From a virus, in IMG/VR virus record IMGVR_UViG_2716884901_000002, positions 1,469 to 65,468 of that record: a DNA stretch of 64,000 bases; one strand, 5' to 3'. Positions within the stretch are counted from its first letter, which is position 1, and each line of letters begins with the position of its first letter. Below, piece after piece: positions 48,624 to 57,596 of the stretch. Under the pieces are notes generated by a model. It searched no databases. It saw only the letters and a program-made list of their open reading frames with translations, and was not told the DNA's origin. The translations under genes and the position numbers were made by a program.

Positions 48624-48675
48624 TCTCCGATCAATTCAGCACAGAACGGCTGCCGCGTGTTGAATTGATCGGAGA
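48624..48675. repeat. Perfect 15-bp inverted repeat (hairpin)
   Basis: TCTCCGATCAATTCA ... TGAATTGATCGGAGA, 22-nt spacer. Confidence 0.75.
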
Positions 48676-49277
48676 CTCCCTTGTCGTTTCAATGAGGCCG
48701 CAACTGTTTGGCGATTGCATGACAGCTCTGTTTCCCGCAATTCGTGATAAAGCCGTGGAGTCCCGCTGCGGCCCTTGCGTACATCGTGTGTGCAACTTGC
48801 CAATCCAACTTGGCTCTTTGCTTATGGCGCATCGACGCCCTGCATTAACACCAAGTGCAGAAGCCTTGCGGGGTACGCTTAGTACTAGGCATATGGCTTC
48901 ACCGGGAACAGCACGGCGTGCAATTGCATGAGGGCTTACTTCACTTGAGACTTTTGGCCATCTCGTCGACGGCCTGTCGCCGTGATAAGGGTAATTAGAA
49001 AGGGGCGCTTAAGCCTTTGCGGAAGTTTGAGAGTACAAAAATGGTACGCCCAAGCGAGTCAAGCCGTAAGCCACGTAATGTAAGCTCTGCAGAGAAAATG
49101 CGCCCAATCCATCATGGGGCCAGATACAACGATGGGAGTGTAGCTAAGACCATGCGCTTCCTGGAGGGGGAGTTTTGCAACGCTGGCAAATTTGCCTGTC
49201 TTTCGGCAGCGGCTGATAGGTGACATGCATAGCGAAGTCGCTGGGAGCGTTAAGCCCGATTTGGGCTCAGAAAGTCC

Positions 49278-49410
49278 GCAGCCACCCGCGCCGCCATGGT
49301 GCTCTCCGACCTGCTCGCACGGGCTGATGAACGAGCGGGAGTGCTGGCGAAAGTTTATGACCGTGCCCGAATAGCAGGGCAGCTCTGCGAGGCGTCCTAT
49401 AATGCGCTGG
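49278..49410 (+). pseudogene. Duplicated 3' fragment of Rz/Rz1
   Basis: 49278-49374 matches 46850-46946 with 3 mismatches. Confidence 0.85.
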
Positions 49411-49455
49411 TTTATTGATCGGAGCAGTACCGTGGGTAAGCGCAGTTTTATAGGG

Positions 49456-49656
49456 ATGGTCGAGGCAGGCGAGCCGCTGATCCGTCAGGCCATCGAGGCG
49501 ATGAAGGACTACCACGGAGCCCAGGACAGGGGCGCGCCGGCCGAGGAGGTTGAGCGTCTGCGTCTGCTGGCGGAGTCCCTGTTTGAGGCTGTTTCCGACT
49601 ACCAAGCGCGAGTGATTGCGAAAGCTCGCGGCAAGGATCTACCGCCTATGCATTAA
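49456..49656 (+). CDS. Hypothetical prophage-end protein (MVEAGEPLIRQAIEA...)
   Basis: 3' part of ORF 49402..49656. Confidence 0.6.
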   Translation: MVEAGEPLIRQAIEAMKDYHGAQDRGAPAEEVERLRLLAESLFEAVSDYQARVIAKARGKDLPPMH

Positions 49657-49701
49657 GCCGCTGATCGACATTTGCCCGAAAACGCACCGATGTATACGAT
49701 A

Positions 49702-49717
49702 CTGTATCTATATACAG
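49702..49717 (+). promoter_or_regulatory. LexA (SOS) box
   Basis: CTGTATCTATATACAG, near-consensus, 18 nt before ATG 49736. Confidence 0.85.
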
Positions 49718-49735
49718 TATTGGTGTCGGTGAGCT

Positions 49736-50044
49736 ATGTACTTCCTCGTTGTTCGTCGCCGAGTACGCGGCGTGGCAATCCCTGCGGACCAGCTTCGCAA
49801 GGTAAAACCCCTGAAAGCTGACATCCATATCGGTGAGCATCACTCCGAGGTGCTTGGCCGGGTGGCTACCCAGGCATGGGTTTTCAACCCGACGCCGAGC
49901 GGAGACATCATCCCGCGCCTGCTCGATGCCAAGGTCAACGGCATGGCCCAGCTCGGCATGAACATCAATGGCGTGGAGGAGGTCGACGGCGTGCTCTACG
50001 CGCAGTCCTGGTGGTGCCGGGCGGAGGGGTCGTATGGCAACTAG
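49736..50044 (+). CDS. SOS-boxed hypothetical protein
   Basis: 102-aa ORF right after the LexA box. Confidence 0.7.
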   Translation: MYFLVVRRRVRGVAIPADQLRKVKPLKADIHIGEHHSEVLGRVATQAWVFNPTPSGDIIPRLLDAKVNGMAQLGMNINGVEEVDGVLYAQSWWCRAEGSYGN

Positions 50045-50240
50045 TCTGCCGCCGGCCTGGCTGGCCGAACTGAACGACCAGGGTGCCCTGGTCACGGATC
50101 CGGATGGGCGCGCAGCAGTACTCGATGAGATGGCCTATGCTGCGCGCCGGAGGCGAGAGGTCGATGCCTGCGACCTGGTCGACATGCTGGAGATCGTTGA
50201 GTCGGCCAGGCTGTGGGCTCTGGATGGTTCCGATCTGTGA
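50034..50240 (+). CDS. Hypothetical protein, second gene of the SOS-boxed operon
   Basis: [15 protein letters not shown]...; overlaps the upstream stop. Confidence 0.65.
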   Translation: MATSLPPAWLAELNDQGALVTDPDGRAAVLDEMAYAARRRREVDACDLVDMLEIVESARLWALDGSDL

Positions 50241-50410
50241 GGAGTCATATAAAGGAAGGGAAATGGTCGGCAGAACACCGCGGGCGGGCTGGCCAGGGCC
50301 AGTGACTTTTGAAGTGACATCGTTGGGATGCGTCCGTACCCGTGAAGCCTCGTTGCAGCGAAAGCAGGGCCGGAAATCCTGTGTTTTCATGCCGTTACGC
50401 AGGCTCGGCA

Positions 50411-50458
50411 TGCATGGGGTGCAAGGGGTCGAGTGTTCGAATCACTCCGTCCCGACCA
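50411..50458 (+). other. att core: 3' part of tRNA-Pro(GGG)
   Basis: TGCATGGGGTGCAAGGGGTCGAGTGTTCGAATCACTCCGTCCCGACCA = anticodon arm, T-arm and CCA without a 5' half. Confidence 0.85.
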
Positions 50459-50470
50459 AAATACTCCAAG

Positions 50471-50504
50471 AAATCCAAGGACTTAGCGGTCCTTGGATTT
50501 TTTT
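50471..50504 (+). terminator. Hairpin terminator downstream of the tRNA 3' end
   Basis: AAATCCAAGGAC/GTCCTTGGATTT + T-run. Confidence 0.75.
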
Positions 50505-50516
50505 ATGGGCGGCCCC

Positions 50517-50546
50517 GCGCAAAACTCGCGCAAAATGGGCGCAAAA
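50517..50546 (+). repeat. Three GCGCAAAA direct repeats at 11-bp period (candidate integrase arm sites)
   Basis: 50517, 50528 and 50539; adjacent to att core and int stop. Confidence 0.55.
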
Positions 50547-51525
50547 CTATCCGGCGATTTCGCCGATATCCAGGTCTGCTTCGACCTCAGACCACACCAC
50601 ATCTTCGTGTCCTTTCTGGTAGTTTCTGGTCATACCTTCAGTTGTGTGCCCGGCGATCTTCTGCCCATCTTTCCCAGCCCGCTTGTACAGATGAAGGGAG
50701 AGGGCGCGCACTTCATGAAACCCCGGCATCTCCTCTTCTTTGAGGTCGCTGTAGCAGCCGGCGGCATCCCTCGCATCTTTGAAGGCTCGGGTGAGAAACC
50801 TCTCATCAACCTTTGTCCAATGATCTTTCCCTTCACGTTTCTTCTTACGTTCCGGGCGCCGATGCACCAAGTACGGTGACAGAATGTCGTCCCGGCAACG
50901 GCTCAGCACTTCGCCCAATTGATCGGTAACTTTGATCTTCAGCCATCCAGCGTCCGAAGCCTTCTCCGTTTTGTTCTGCACCACATACAGATAACCGTCA
51001 CGCACGTCTTCGAATTTCATATCGAGGATGTCGCCACGTCGCTGCGCAGTAATGAGTGCAAGATCGATGGCGTTTTTCAGCCAGCGCGGGGACTTATCGC
51101 GGATTGCTTTAAGACCTTCTAGCGTGTGCCGCTTACGCTGCTTCTTCTCGATTCTTGGGATTGTGTTGGCAGCAGGGTTATCTGGGCAAAGGCCTTTCGC
51201 GGCTGCGTGGTTGAATAGGTCGATCAGAATTGCCCGCGCCTGGTTGCTTGCTCGCGGGGTTAGCGGCTCAAGGAACTCAGCAATCATCCTGATGGTGATC
51301 TGGTCTATTGGTCGCTCGGCGAACTCTGCCCGGATTTGCTTGAACCTGACGGCGTATAGATCAAGCGTTGCTTTTGCTAGCTCGCGAGGCGGGAGTACGT
51401 CTCGCTCATAGGTGACCAGGAACTCGCCCAATGTCACCGAGCTTTCGCCGAGAACCTCGGCTACCAAGTCACCACCACGCAGGAATGCGGTGTTGAGCTG
51501 GGCGGCCGCATCTATGGCGCGGCAG
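50547..51525 (-). pseudogene. int: Tyrosine integrase, N-terminally truncated
   Basis: Catalytic TAQRRGD, FHEVRAL and AGH...TRNY; the 5' end is joined to antisense rep-gene sequence. Confidence 0.85.
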
Positions 51526-51527
51526 GC

Positions 51528-51900
51528 GCTCAACGCATCCCTGCTATTGATATCGCGAAAGCCATCAACGTTCATCCCGACACGGTCTCCAAGGCGGTCT
51601 CCAGTCTGCTGCGTCGGCGTGTCCTTTTCCGCGAGGGTGGTGCTCGGGGTGACATCGGTGTGAATGACCCGAAGGAGTGGATCTACGTTGAGCCGAAACA
51701 GACCAAAACAGCCGACTCGGCTGAAGTGGTCCGAATCGGATCAGAGTCGAAACAGACCAAAACCGCCGACTCCCTTCTTTATTCTAAGAATCTAACCCCC
51801 TATGTATTTCTTCCTTCGGAAGAAAATACATGCCCCCCCAGCGGTGAGCAGGTGGCTCCGGCCAAAGCTGACCGCAAGGCACCGTTCGGGAAGGCCGCCA
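51528..51900 (+). pseudogene. Internal fragment of a phage replication initiator
   Basis: RIPAIDIAKAINVHPDTVSKAVSSLLRRRVL HTH-like frame; 25-bp iteron-like repeats at 51694 and 51748. Confidence 0.65.
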
Positions 51901-52226
51901 TGGGGCAGGGCGAGTGGACCAGCCACGACCTGCGCAAGGTATCCCGTACCGCCTGGACTGACCTCGGCATCGACGGCCACATCGGCGAGATGTTGCTGAA
52001 CCACACGCTCGGGAAGATCGCCAGCACCTACATCCACACCCAGGCCATGCAGCAGCGCCGGGCAGCCCTGGAGAAGTGGCACACCTGGTTAGACGGCATC
52101 GGCTTTGGTGCCATTCACGGCCTTACCAAGGCCTTATCCGAAATTTCACAGAATTCGAGCGAGCCAACGGAACACAAGGCTTCCAGCCACCTTGCCGAAT
52201 TTGTAATTAGCGAGGATTCGAAATGA
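51900..52226 (+). pseudogene. C-terminal fragment of a second tyrosine recombinase, fused in frame to the rep fragment
   Basis: WTSHDLRK...LLNH...TY motif. Confidence 0.75.
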
Positions 52227-52249
52227 CTGGAAAGTACCCTAGGCCGGCC

Positions 52250-52500
52250 ATGACCGACTTGAACACGATGTCTCCAGCGGCCCGCTCGGCGGCAATGCGC
52301 AGCGGGATGGAGGGATGGGGTCTTGTCGGCGGGCTGCCTGGACAAATCTGCTATCAGAACAGGTTGATTCGAAGTCACGGCGGCGCTGCAACTGCGGCTG
52401 TAGGCGTCGGGCAACCCATCGGGGAATGGCCAACGGGGTCTGTTTGAAGATGGGGTGCGAGCTGTCGGTGCGGCGCTGGGTCAAGGCGTCCAACGCATGA
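52250..52500 (+). pseudogene. Frameshifted small Cys-rich phage gene
   Basis: MTDLNTMSPAARSAAMR...CYQ continues in another frame as EQVDSKSRRRCNCGCRRRATH. Confidence 0.55.
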
Positions 52501-52814
52501 GGAAGAGCCACGGCCCGGCTTTCAAGAAGGCCGTAATTGATTTGGATGAATGCCCTTTGTGCCGTGGGAGAGCGGTCACTCAGGGCGTGTTTCACGAACT
52601 GCCATGCGACTACTGCAACGCCTCGGGGTGGGTGGCGGCTGCAACTGGTGATGCCCTGGCCCTGGATGAGCTGGTGACCCAGCTCAGCATGCGGCTTCGG
52701 GCAGCGCTCCGGCAGATCGAGCAATTGAAGAACCCTCAAGCATCCGGGCCTGAGGGGACATATCAGGGAAGCAACCGGCGCGGCGCCGGAGGCACCAACT
52801 ACACCGGTGATTGA
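52497..52814 (+). CDS. DnaJ-type zinc-finger small protein
   Basis: CPLCRGRA and CDYCNASG repeats. Confidence 0.65.
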   Translation: MRKSHGPAFKKAVIDLDECPLCRGRAVTQGVFHELPCDYCNASGWVAAATGDALALDELVTQLSMRLRAALRQIEQLKNPQASGPEGTYQGSNRRGAGGTNYTGD

Positions 52815-52825
52815 GGGGGAAGGAC

Positions 52826-53548
52826 ATGATCTACAACAGCGTATCGGGTGCAGTGGTGGCGGCTTTGGCGGCTGGTGAAAAGGGCGCCGCGAAGGGGCAG
52901 GCCTGGCAGAAGCTCTACAAAGCGGCAGAGGAAGAGGGCGGTTGCCTGGCTTCACTCGGAGGGCAGTCGGGTGGTTTTGATCGGGCTCAGGTGGACTACT
53001 GGCTGTCCGCTCGACTGCACCACTTGTTGATTCCTCGGCACTGGCAGGCGCTTAATGCCAAGTATGCCACCAGCAAGGGGAAGAAGCTGCAGGGCATCTC
53101 GTCCATTGCGCCACTGATCGCCAGCCCAGCGCCGCAGCTGTTCATCTACAAGGCGGTCACGGCCTGGGCTGTGCCTAAGTTGAAAGGGGCTCGCCGGAAA
53201 GGCCCGCGCTCCGTGTCGGTGGAGATTCCGCTGAACGCGCCAGAGTGGCGTCGCAACAACCTAGTCAATGCTGCGCTGGCGGCTGGTCAGGCTGAGCGGA
53301 AGAAGGCAGAGGCGCTTGCCGATGACCTGATTGTTCTGCCCGACATCTTCTACGACATGAACACCTGGGATTTGAATGGAACTTCGGAGCCAACAAGGCG
53401 CCGCTGGCGGGCGGGGATCAAAAACACGCTTGACGAGATGGTGGCCGAAGCGCTTGCCCAAGTTGAAACTATCTTGATTGCGGAAGGATTGCTTCTAGAC
53501 CTCTTTGGGGCACAAATGAGAGGATGTCAATCAGTTATGGGAGGGTGA
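52826..53548 (+). CDS. Q-like antiterminator of prophage 2 (C-terminus extended by the insertion junction)
   Basis: MIYNSVSGAVVAALAA, homologous to 19874..20554. Confidence 0.65.
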   Translation: MIYNSVSGAVVAALAAGEKGAAKGQAWQKLYKAAEEEGGCLASLGGQSGGFDRAQVDYWLSARLHHLLIPRHWQALNAKYATSKGKKLQGISSIAPLIASPAPQLFIYKAVTAWAVPKLKGARRKGPRSVSVEIPLNAPEWRRNNLVNAALAAGQAERKKAEALADDLIVLPDIFYDMNTWDLNGTSEPTRRRWRAGIKNTLDEMVAEALAQVETILIAEGLLLDLFGAQMRGCQSVMGG

Positions 53549-53551
53549 GAC

Positions 53552-54547
53552 ATGCAAGATTTGGAGACTTTACGCACTGGTTATCAGGACGTTCTGCCTC
53601 GCGCGGAGAGGCTAAAAAATGCTGTAATCGCAGAGCTGTTAGAGCTATTTCAAAAAAGCGGTGTGGCACTCGGTGTCCCGATTGAGAGTAGGGTCAAAGC
53701 CTGGGCCTCTATTGCTGAGAAACTTGATCGTAAGCGCATGGTTTTATCATCGATTCATGATTTGACTGATTTAATTGGAATACGAGTTATTTTGCTTTTC
53801 AAAAAAGACTTGGATGCCGTGCGCACAATTTTGTCTCAAAATTTCGAGCTGATTTCCTCGGAAGACACCGGTGAGCGTTTGGGAGAGTCTGAGTTCGGAT
53901 ATCAATCGCATCACTATCTGTTAAAAATTCCTGCTACCTGGCTCTCTGTGCCCACTTGGTCCGGGTTTGGAGGCTTTACTCTGGAATTTCAAGTTAGAAC
54001 CATGGCTCAGCACATTTGGGCCGCAGCATCACATAAGCTTCAGTATAAACAAGAGTCAGGGGTGCCCCATCCGATTAGGCGGTCTATTAATCGAGTTTCT
54101 GCACTTTTGGAAACCGTCGATTTGGAGATTCAACGAGTTTTAGATGAGCGGGATGCATATAAGGGCAATGTATTAGTCTCTACTGATTATGATCTTGTCG
54201 ATGATAGTGATCTGAATGTTGACAATTTGGCTTTGATCCTTTCCGAGATTTATCCGCGTGCGAATCGAGCGGAATTTGAAAACTATTCGGAACTCTTAAG
54301 TGATATGTTAGAGCTAGGCGTGAAGAGCCAAGCCGAAGCTCGTAAGATCTTCAGGCGACATTATGAACGTACTATGGCCGCAGAAAAAATGCATGTTGCT
54401 GATGGTGTTGGTGACTTTGATGAAGAGCCTGACACGCGGCCTACGGGGGTCTACTTCAAACACGTTGGACTGGCTCGTGAAGCACTACGAGGCGAATTCG
54501 GTGAAGAAATCTTTCGCTCTAAGCAGTTGACAACTGTGAGCGATTGA
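53552..54547 (+). CDS. RelA/SpoT-domain small alarmone synthetase with C-terminal extension
   Basis: SRVKAWASIAEK, DLIGIRV, GYQSHHY, EFQVRT and QHIWAAASHKLQYK; no HD hydrolase domain; AT-richer than flanks. Confidence 0.88.
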   Translation: MQDLETLRTGYQDVLPRAERLKNAVIAELLELFQKSGVALGVPIESRVKAWASIAEKLDRKRMVLSSIHDLTDLIGIRVILLFKKDLDAVRTILSQNFELISSEDTGERLGESEFGYQSHHYLLKIPATWLSVPTWSGFGGFTLEFQVRTMAQHIWAAASHKLQYKQESGVPHPIRRSINRVSALLETVDLEIQRVLDERDAYKGNVLVSTDYDLVDDSDLNVDNLALILSEIYPRANRAEFENYSELLSDMLELGVKSQAEARKIFRRHYERTMAAEKMHVADGVGDFDEEPDTRPTGVYFKHVGLAREALRGEFGEEIFRSKQLTTVSD

Positions 54548-54598
54548 GCGAGATTATCCCCATCCTGTTATTCCTGCGCGTGTTGAGGAGTGACGAAT
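54527..54598 (+). promoter_or_regulatory. Late promoter of prophage 2 overlapping the synthetase 3' end
   Basis: TTGACA-N17-GAGATT, then the 39-bp leader shared with 20607-20645 at identical spacing. Confidence 0.65.
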
Positions 54599-54847
54599 CT
54601 TCTCTCCGGAGCGGTCGCAACGCCCATCCAGGTTGGAGTCTTAGCCGGCATCGTAGCAATAGGGTTGATACTGCTGTTCATATCGAATCTGATGTATGCG
54701 AAAGTGCATGAGCCGAGCGTAGCGGATGAATCTACGAAGGAGGTTACCGGGATGAAAACACTAGACAGTGCGGTTCTGAAAACGAGTCAAGATGTCGGTG
54801 CCGGTATAGTCTCCAGCCTAATAGTTGCGCTGATTCGAGCCTTTTGA
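54590..54847 (+). CDS. Small 2-TM membrane protein in the late-promoter/terminator slot
   Basis: GAGGA-GTG start; two hydrophobic segments; terminator at 54858-54878. Confidence 0.65.
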   Translation: MTNLLSGAVATPIQVGVLAGIVAIGLILLFISNLMYAKVHEPSVADESTKEVTGMKTLDSAVLKTSQDVGAGIVSSLIVALIRAF

Positions 54848-54857
54848 GGCTCATCCG

Positions 54858-54878
54858 AGCCCGCGATAGCGGGCTTTT
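54858..54878 (+). terminator. Rho-independent terminator (tR'-like)
   Basis: AGCCCGC-GATA-GCGGGCTTTT. Confidence 0.75.
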
Positions 54879-54943
54879 CATTTAAAGCCCTGGTGATCGC
54901 CGGGGCTTTTTCATTTCCGCTCCCCGCAACGGGAGGAATCGAG

Positions 54944-55267
54944 ATGCCAAACATGCCCGAGAAGGATCCTGGCTTGTGGGCCGCTGTGCTCGCCTGGGCG
55001 CTGGCTCACCAGCCTCAGATGTATGCTGCTGGCCTGTCGGTAGCGATCGCTGCCCTTAGGGTGGTCTATGGCGGCGGCACTCGCCGGCAGATGATGCTGG
55101 AGGGCGCGCTCTGCGGCCTAATCACACTGGCCTTGGTGCCGCTGCTTGAATGGATGGGATTGCCGCAAGGCATGGCCACCTTTGCAGGTGGCGCTGTCGG
55201 TTTCATGGGAGTCGAAAAGCTTCGCGGCTACTCCGATTTGTTCCTTTCCCGCAAGGCTCAAGGCTGA
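54944..55267 (+). CDS. Lambda-S-family holin, possible dual start (Met1/Met4)
   Basis: MPNMPEKDP...; TM segments; EGALCG...FAGGAVGFMGVEKLR. Confidence 0.85.
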   Translation: MPNMPEKDPGLWAAVLAWALAHQPQMYAAGLSVAIAALRVVYGGGTRRQMMLEGALCGLITLALVPLLEWMGLPQGMATFAGGAVGFMGVEKLRGYSDLFLSRKAQG

Positions 55268-55605
55268 TGGCCAGGCTCAAGACGTTAGGCCCTCGCATCA
55301 AGGAGAGCGCAGGGTCGCGGGTCAAGCTGGTGAGCCCAGGAAGTTGGCGGAGCGGAATGACTAGCTCCCAGCGCGGCTACGACTACAAATGGCAGAAGGC
55401 CAGAGAGCAATACCTGCGCGACAACCCGCTGTGCGTCTACTGCGAGCGGAACGGCCGCACAACTGCGGCCAGGGTTGTCGACCACATCATTGCTCACCGT
55501 GGAGACATGGTTCTCTTCTGGGATCAGACCAACTGGCAGGGTCTCTGCAAGCCTTGTCACGACTCCGTCAAGCAGGCCGAGGAGGCGGCGGGGCTGAGTG
55601 GTTGA
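55267..55605 (+). CDS. HNH endonuclease (HK97 gp74-like packaging HNH)
   Basis: RGYDYKWQKAR...LC..C...VDHIIAH.GD..LFWD..NWQGLC..CH. Confidence 0.88.
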   Translation: MARLKTLGPRIKESAGSRVKLVSPGSWRSGMTSSQRGYDYKWQKAREQYLRDNPLCVYCERNGRTTAARVVDHIIAHRGDMVLFWDQTNWQGLCKPCHDSVKQAEEAAGLSG

Positions 55606-55758
55606 GGTGTCAGCGGATCGTCGAAACCCCACGGGGCGCCATACAGGCACGCCAGTGACGTGCTGCGAAAGGGGTAGGGGGGTCAAAAGCTAGGGATTCT
55701 CATCTATCTAGACCGCCTCCGACCCCACGCGCCCCTCACAGTCGTCAAGGGGTGACAC

Positions 55759-57438
55759 ATGCTTTGGACCACTGCCTGCCCTGACTGGTGGCGGCGTCTG
55801 GCTGCCAGCGAATCCATCATCCCCGAACCGCTCTTTCCCCAAGAGGCAGAAGAAAGCCTCGAGGTTTTCAAGGGGCTTCGCATTGTCGATGCCCCAGGCA
55901 GTCCAACTATCGAAAGCGCCTGTGCCCCATGGGTCTTGGCTTTCGCTGGGGCCGTGTTCGGCAGCTACAACAGCGAGACCGGTGAACGCCTGATTCGGGA
56001 GTTCATGCTTTGCATACCGAAAAAAAACAGCAAGTCGACCATCGCCGCCGCGATCATGCTGACAGCCCTGGTGCGCAATTGGCGGATGTCGGCCGAGTTC
56101 ATCATCCTCGCGCCGACCAAGGAAATTGCCGACAACGCCTTCGTCCCGGCGAAGGACATGGTCAACAACGATGACGAGTTGAAGGATCTGCTGCATGTGC
56201 AGCCACACCTTCGGTTGATCACCCATCGGGAGACCGGCGCCACGCTGAAGGTCGTCGCCGCTGACAGCGACGTGGTGGGCGGCAAAAAGGCCGTGGGCGT
56301 ACTGATCGATGAGGCCTGGCTGTTCGGCAAGAACCCGAAAGCAGCCGACATGATTCGGGAGGCCACCGGCGGCCTGCTGTCCAGGCCCGAAGGCTTCGTT
56401 ATCTGGTTGACCACGCAGTCGAACGAACCGCCCGCTGGGGTATTCCGGTCGAAGCTGAACTATGCGCGCGGCGTGCGTGATGGCCGCATCAACGACAATC
56501 GCTTCCTGCCGATCATCTACGAATTCTCCAAGGAGATGATCGACAGCGGTGATGCCCGTAAGCCAGAGAACTTCCACCTGGTGAATCCCAATATGGGGTT
56601 CTCAGTCGACCGCCCAACGCTTGAGCGCTTGTTCATGCAGGCGGAGATCGACGGGGAGGCGGAGCTGCGTGGTTTCCTGGCCAAGCACCTCAACATCGAG
56701 ATCGGCCTGGCCTTGATGTCTGATGCCTGGGTCGGTGCCGAATTTTGGGAGCCACAGGCAGCCACTTGGCTCAACCTAAATGAAATCCTTGAGCGGTGCG
56801 AAGTCATCGATGTGGGTGGTGATGGAGGAGGGCTCGACGACTTGCTTGGGCTTGCCGTCGTCGGCCGGGAAGCGAGCACCCGCCGTTGGTTCCACTGGGC
56901 TCACGCTTGGGCCCACCCGTCGGTCCTCGAGCGTCGCAAGTCCGAAGCCCCGCGGCTAAAGGATCTTGAGGCGGTTGGCGACCTGACCATCGTGAAGCGC
57001 ATCGGTGAGGACGTGGAGCAGTTCGCAGCCATCGTCGCCCGTATCAACGAGACCGGCTTGCTGGACAAGGTCGGGCTCGACCCGGCGGGGATTGGCTCTG
57101 TTCTCGACGCCCTGGCCGACGCTGGTGTCGAAGAGGACAAGATCGTTGGCATCTCCCAAGGCTGGAAACTTACCGGCGCGATCAAGACGACGGAGCGCAA
57201 GCTCGCTGAGGGAACCCTTTTGCATTGCGGCCAGCCGCTCATGGCCTGGTCGTGCGGAAACGCCAAAGGGGTGCCGTCGGCCAACGCCTTCTTGATCACC
57301 AAGCAAGCCTCGGGCACGGCCAAGATCGACCCGCTGATGGCTACATTCAACGCCGTTTCACTGATCAGCCTCAATCCTGAGGGGCGCGGGGGAATGGACA
57401 ACTTCATGGCTGGCATTCGGGACCCACTGATCGCATGA
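55759..57438 (+). CDS. Terminase large subunit (HK97 type); small subunit gene deleted upstream
   Basis: PKKNSKST Walker A, IDE, KIDPLMA; only the last codons of TerS (PLTVVKG*) remain at ~55733-55755. Confidence 0.9.
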   Translation: MLWTTACPDWWRRLAASESIIPEPLFPQEAEESLEVFKGLRIVDAPGSPTIESACAPWVLAFAGAVFGSYNSETGERLIREFMLCIPKKNSKSTIAAAIMLTALVRNWRMSAEFIILAPTKEIADNAFVPAKDMVNNDDELKDLLHVQPHLRLITHRETGATLKVVAADSDVVGGKKAVGVLIDEAWLFGKNPKAADMIREATGGLLSRPEGFVIWLTTQSNEPPAGVFRSKLNYARGVRDGRINDNRFLPIIYEFSKEMIDSGDARKPENFHLVNPNMGFSVDRPTLERLFMQAEIDGEAELRGFLAKHLNIEIGLALMSDAWVGAEFWEPQAATWLNLNEILERCEVIDVGGDGGGLDDLLGLAVVGREASTRRWFHWAHAWAHPSVLERRKSEAPRLKDLEAVGDLTIVKRIGEDVEQFAAIVARINETGLLDKVGLDPAGIGSVLDALADAGVEEDKIVGISQGWKLTGAIKTTERKLAEGTLLHCGQPLMAWSCGNAKGVPSANAFLITKQASGTAKIDPLMATFNAVSLISLNPEGRGGMDNFMAGIRDPLIA

Positions 57439-57596
57439 ACGCACTTTACATTTTCATCGCCTGCGCTCTGGTGGCTTTCTTCCTGGCATGTGCTGGGGTA
57501 TGGGTTTTGGCCGGTACTGGCTGGGCCTTGATTGCAGGAGCAGTGAGCTTCTTCTGCATCGCTGGTTTCCTTCGCCGAGGGCTGACCAGTGATTAA
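57435..57596 (+). CDS. Small 2-TM membrane protein (53 aa)
   Basis: Hand-translated MNALYIFIACALVAFF...; between TerL and portal. Confidence 0.6.
   Translation: MNALYIFIACALVAFFLACAGVWVLAGTGWALIAGAVSFFCIAGFLRRGLTSD

Larger units (their letters stand above)
1..50458. mobile_element. Lambdoid siphovirus prophage 1, apparently intact; left end/integrase outside window
   Basis: Complete ordered early-left, cI/cro, replication, nin/Q, head, tail and lysis modules; ends at a tRNA-Pro 3' duplicate at 50411-50458. Confidence 0.9.

Noticed and set aside
48362-49223. ORFs 48362..48556, 48665..48931 and 49017..49223
   Set aside because: No recognisable motifs or convincing RBS; treated as non-coding or decayed
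47350-49270. Insertion sequence as the cause of the AT-rich island
   Set aside because: No transposase ORF, terminal inverted repeats or target-site duplication found
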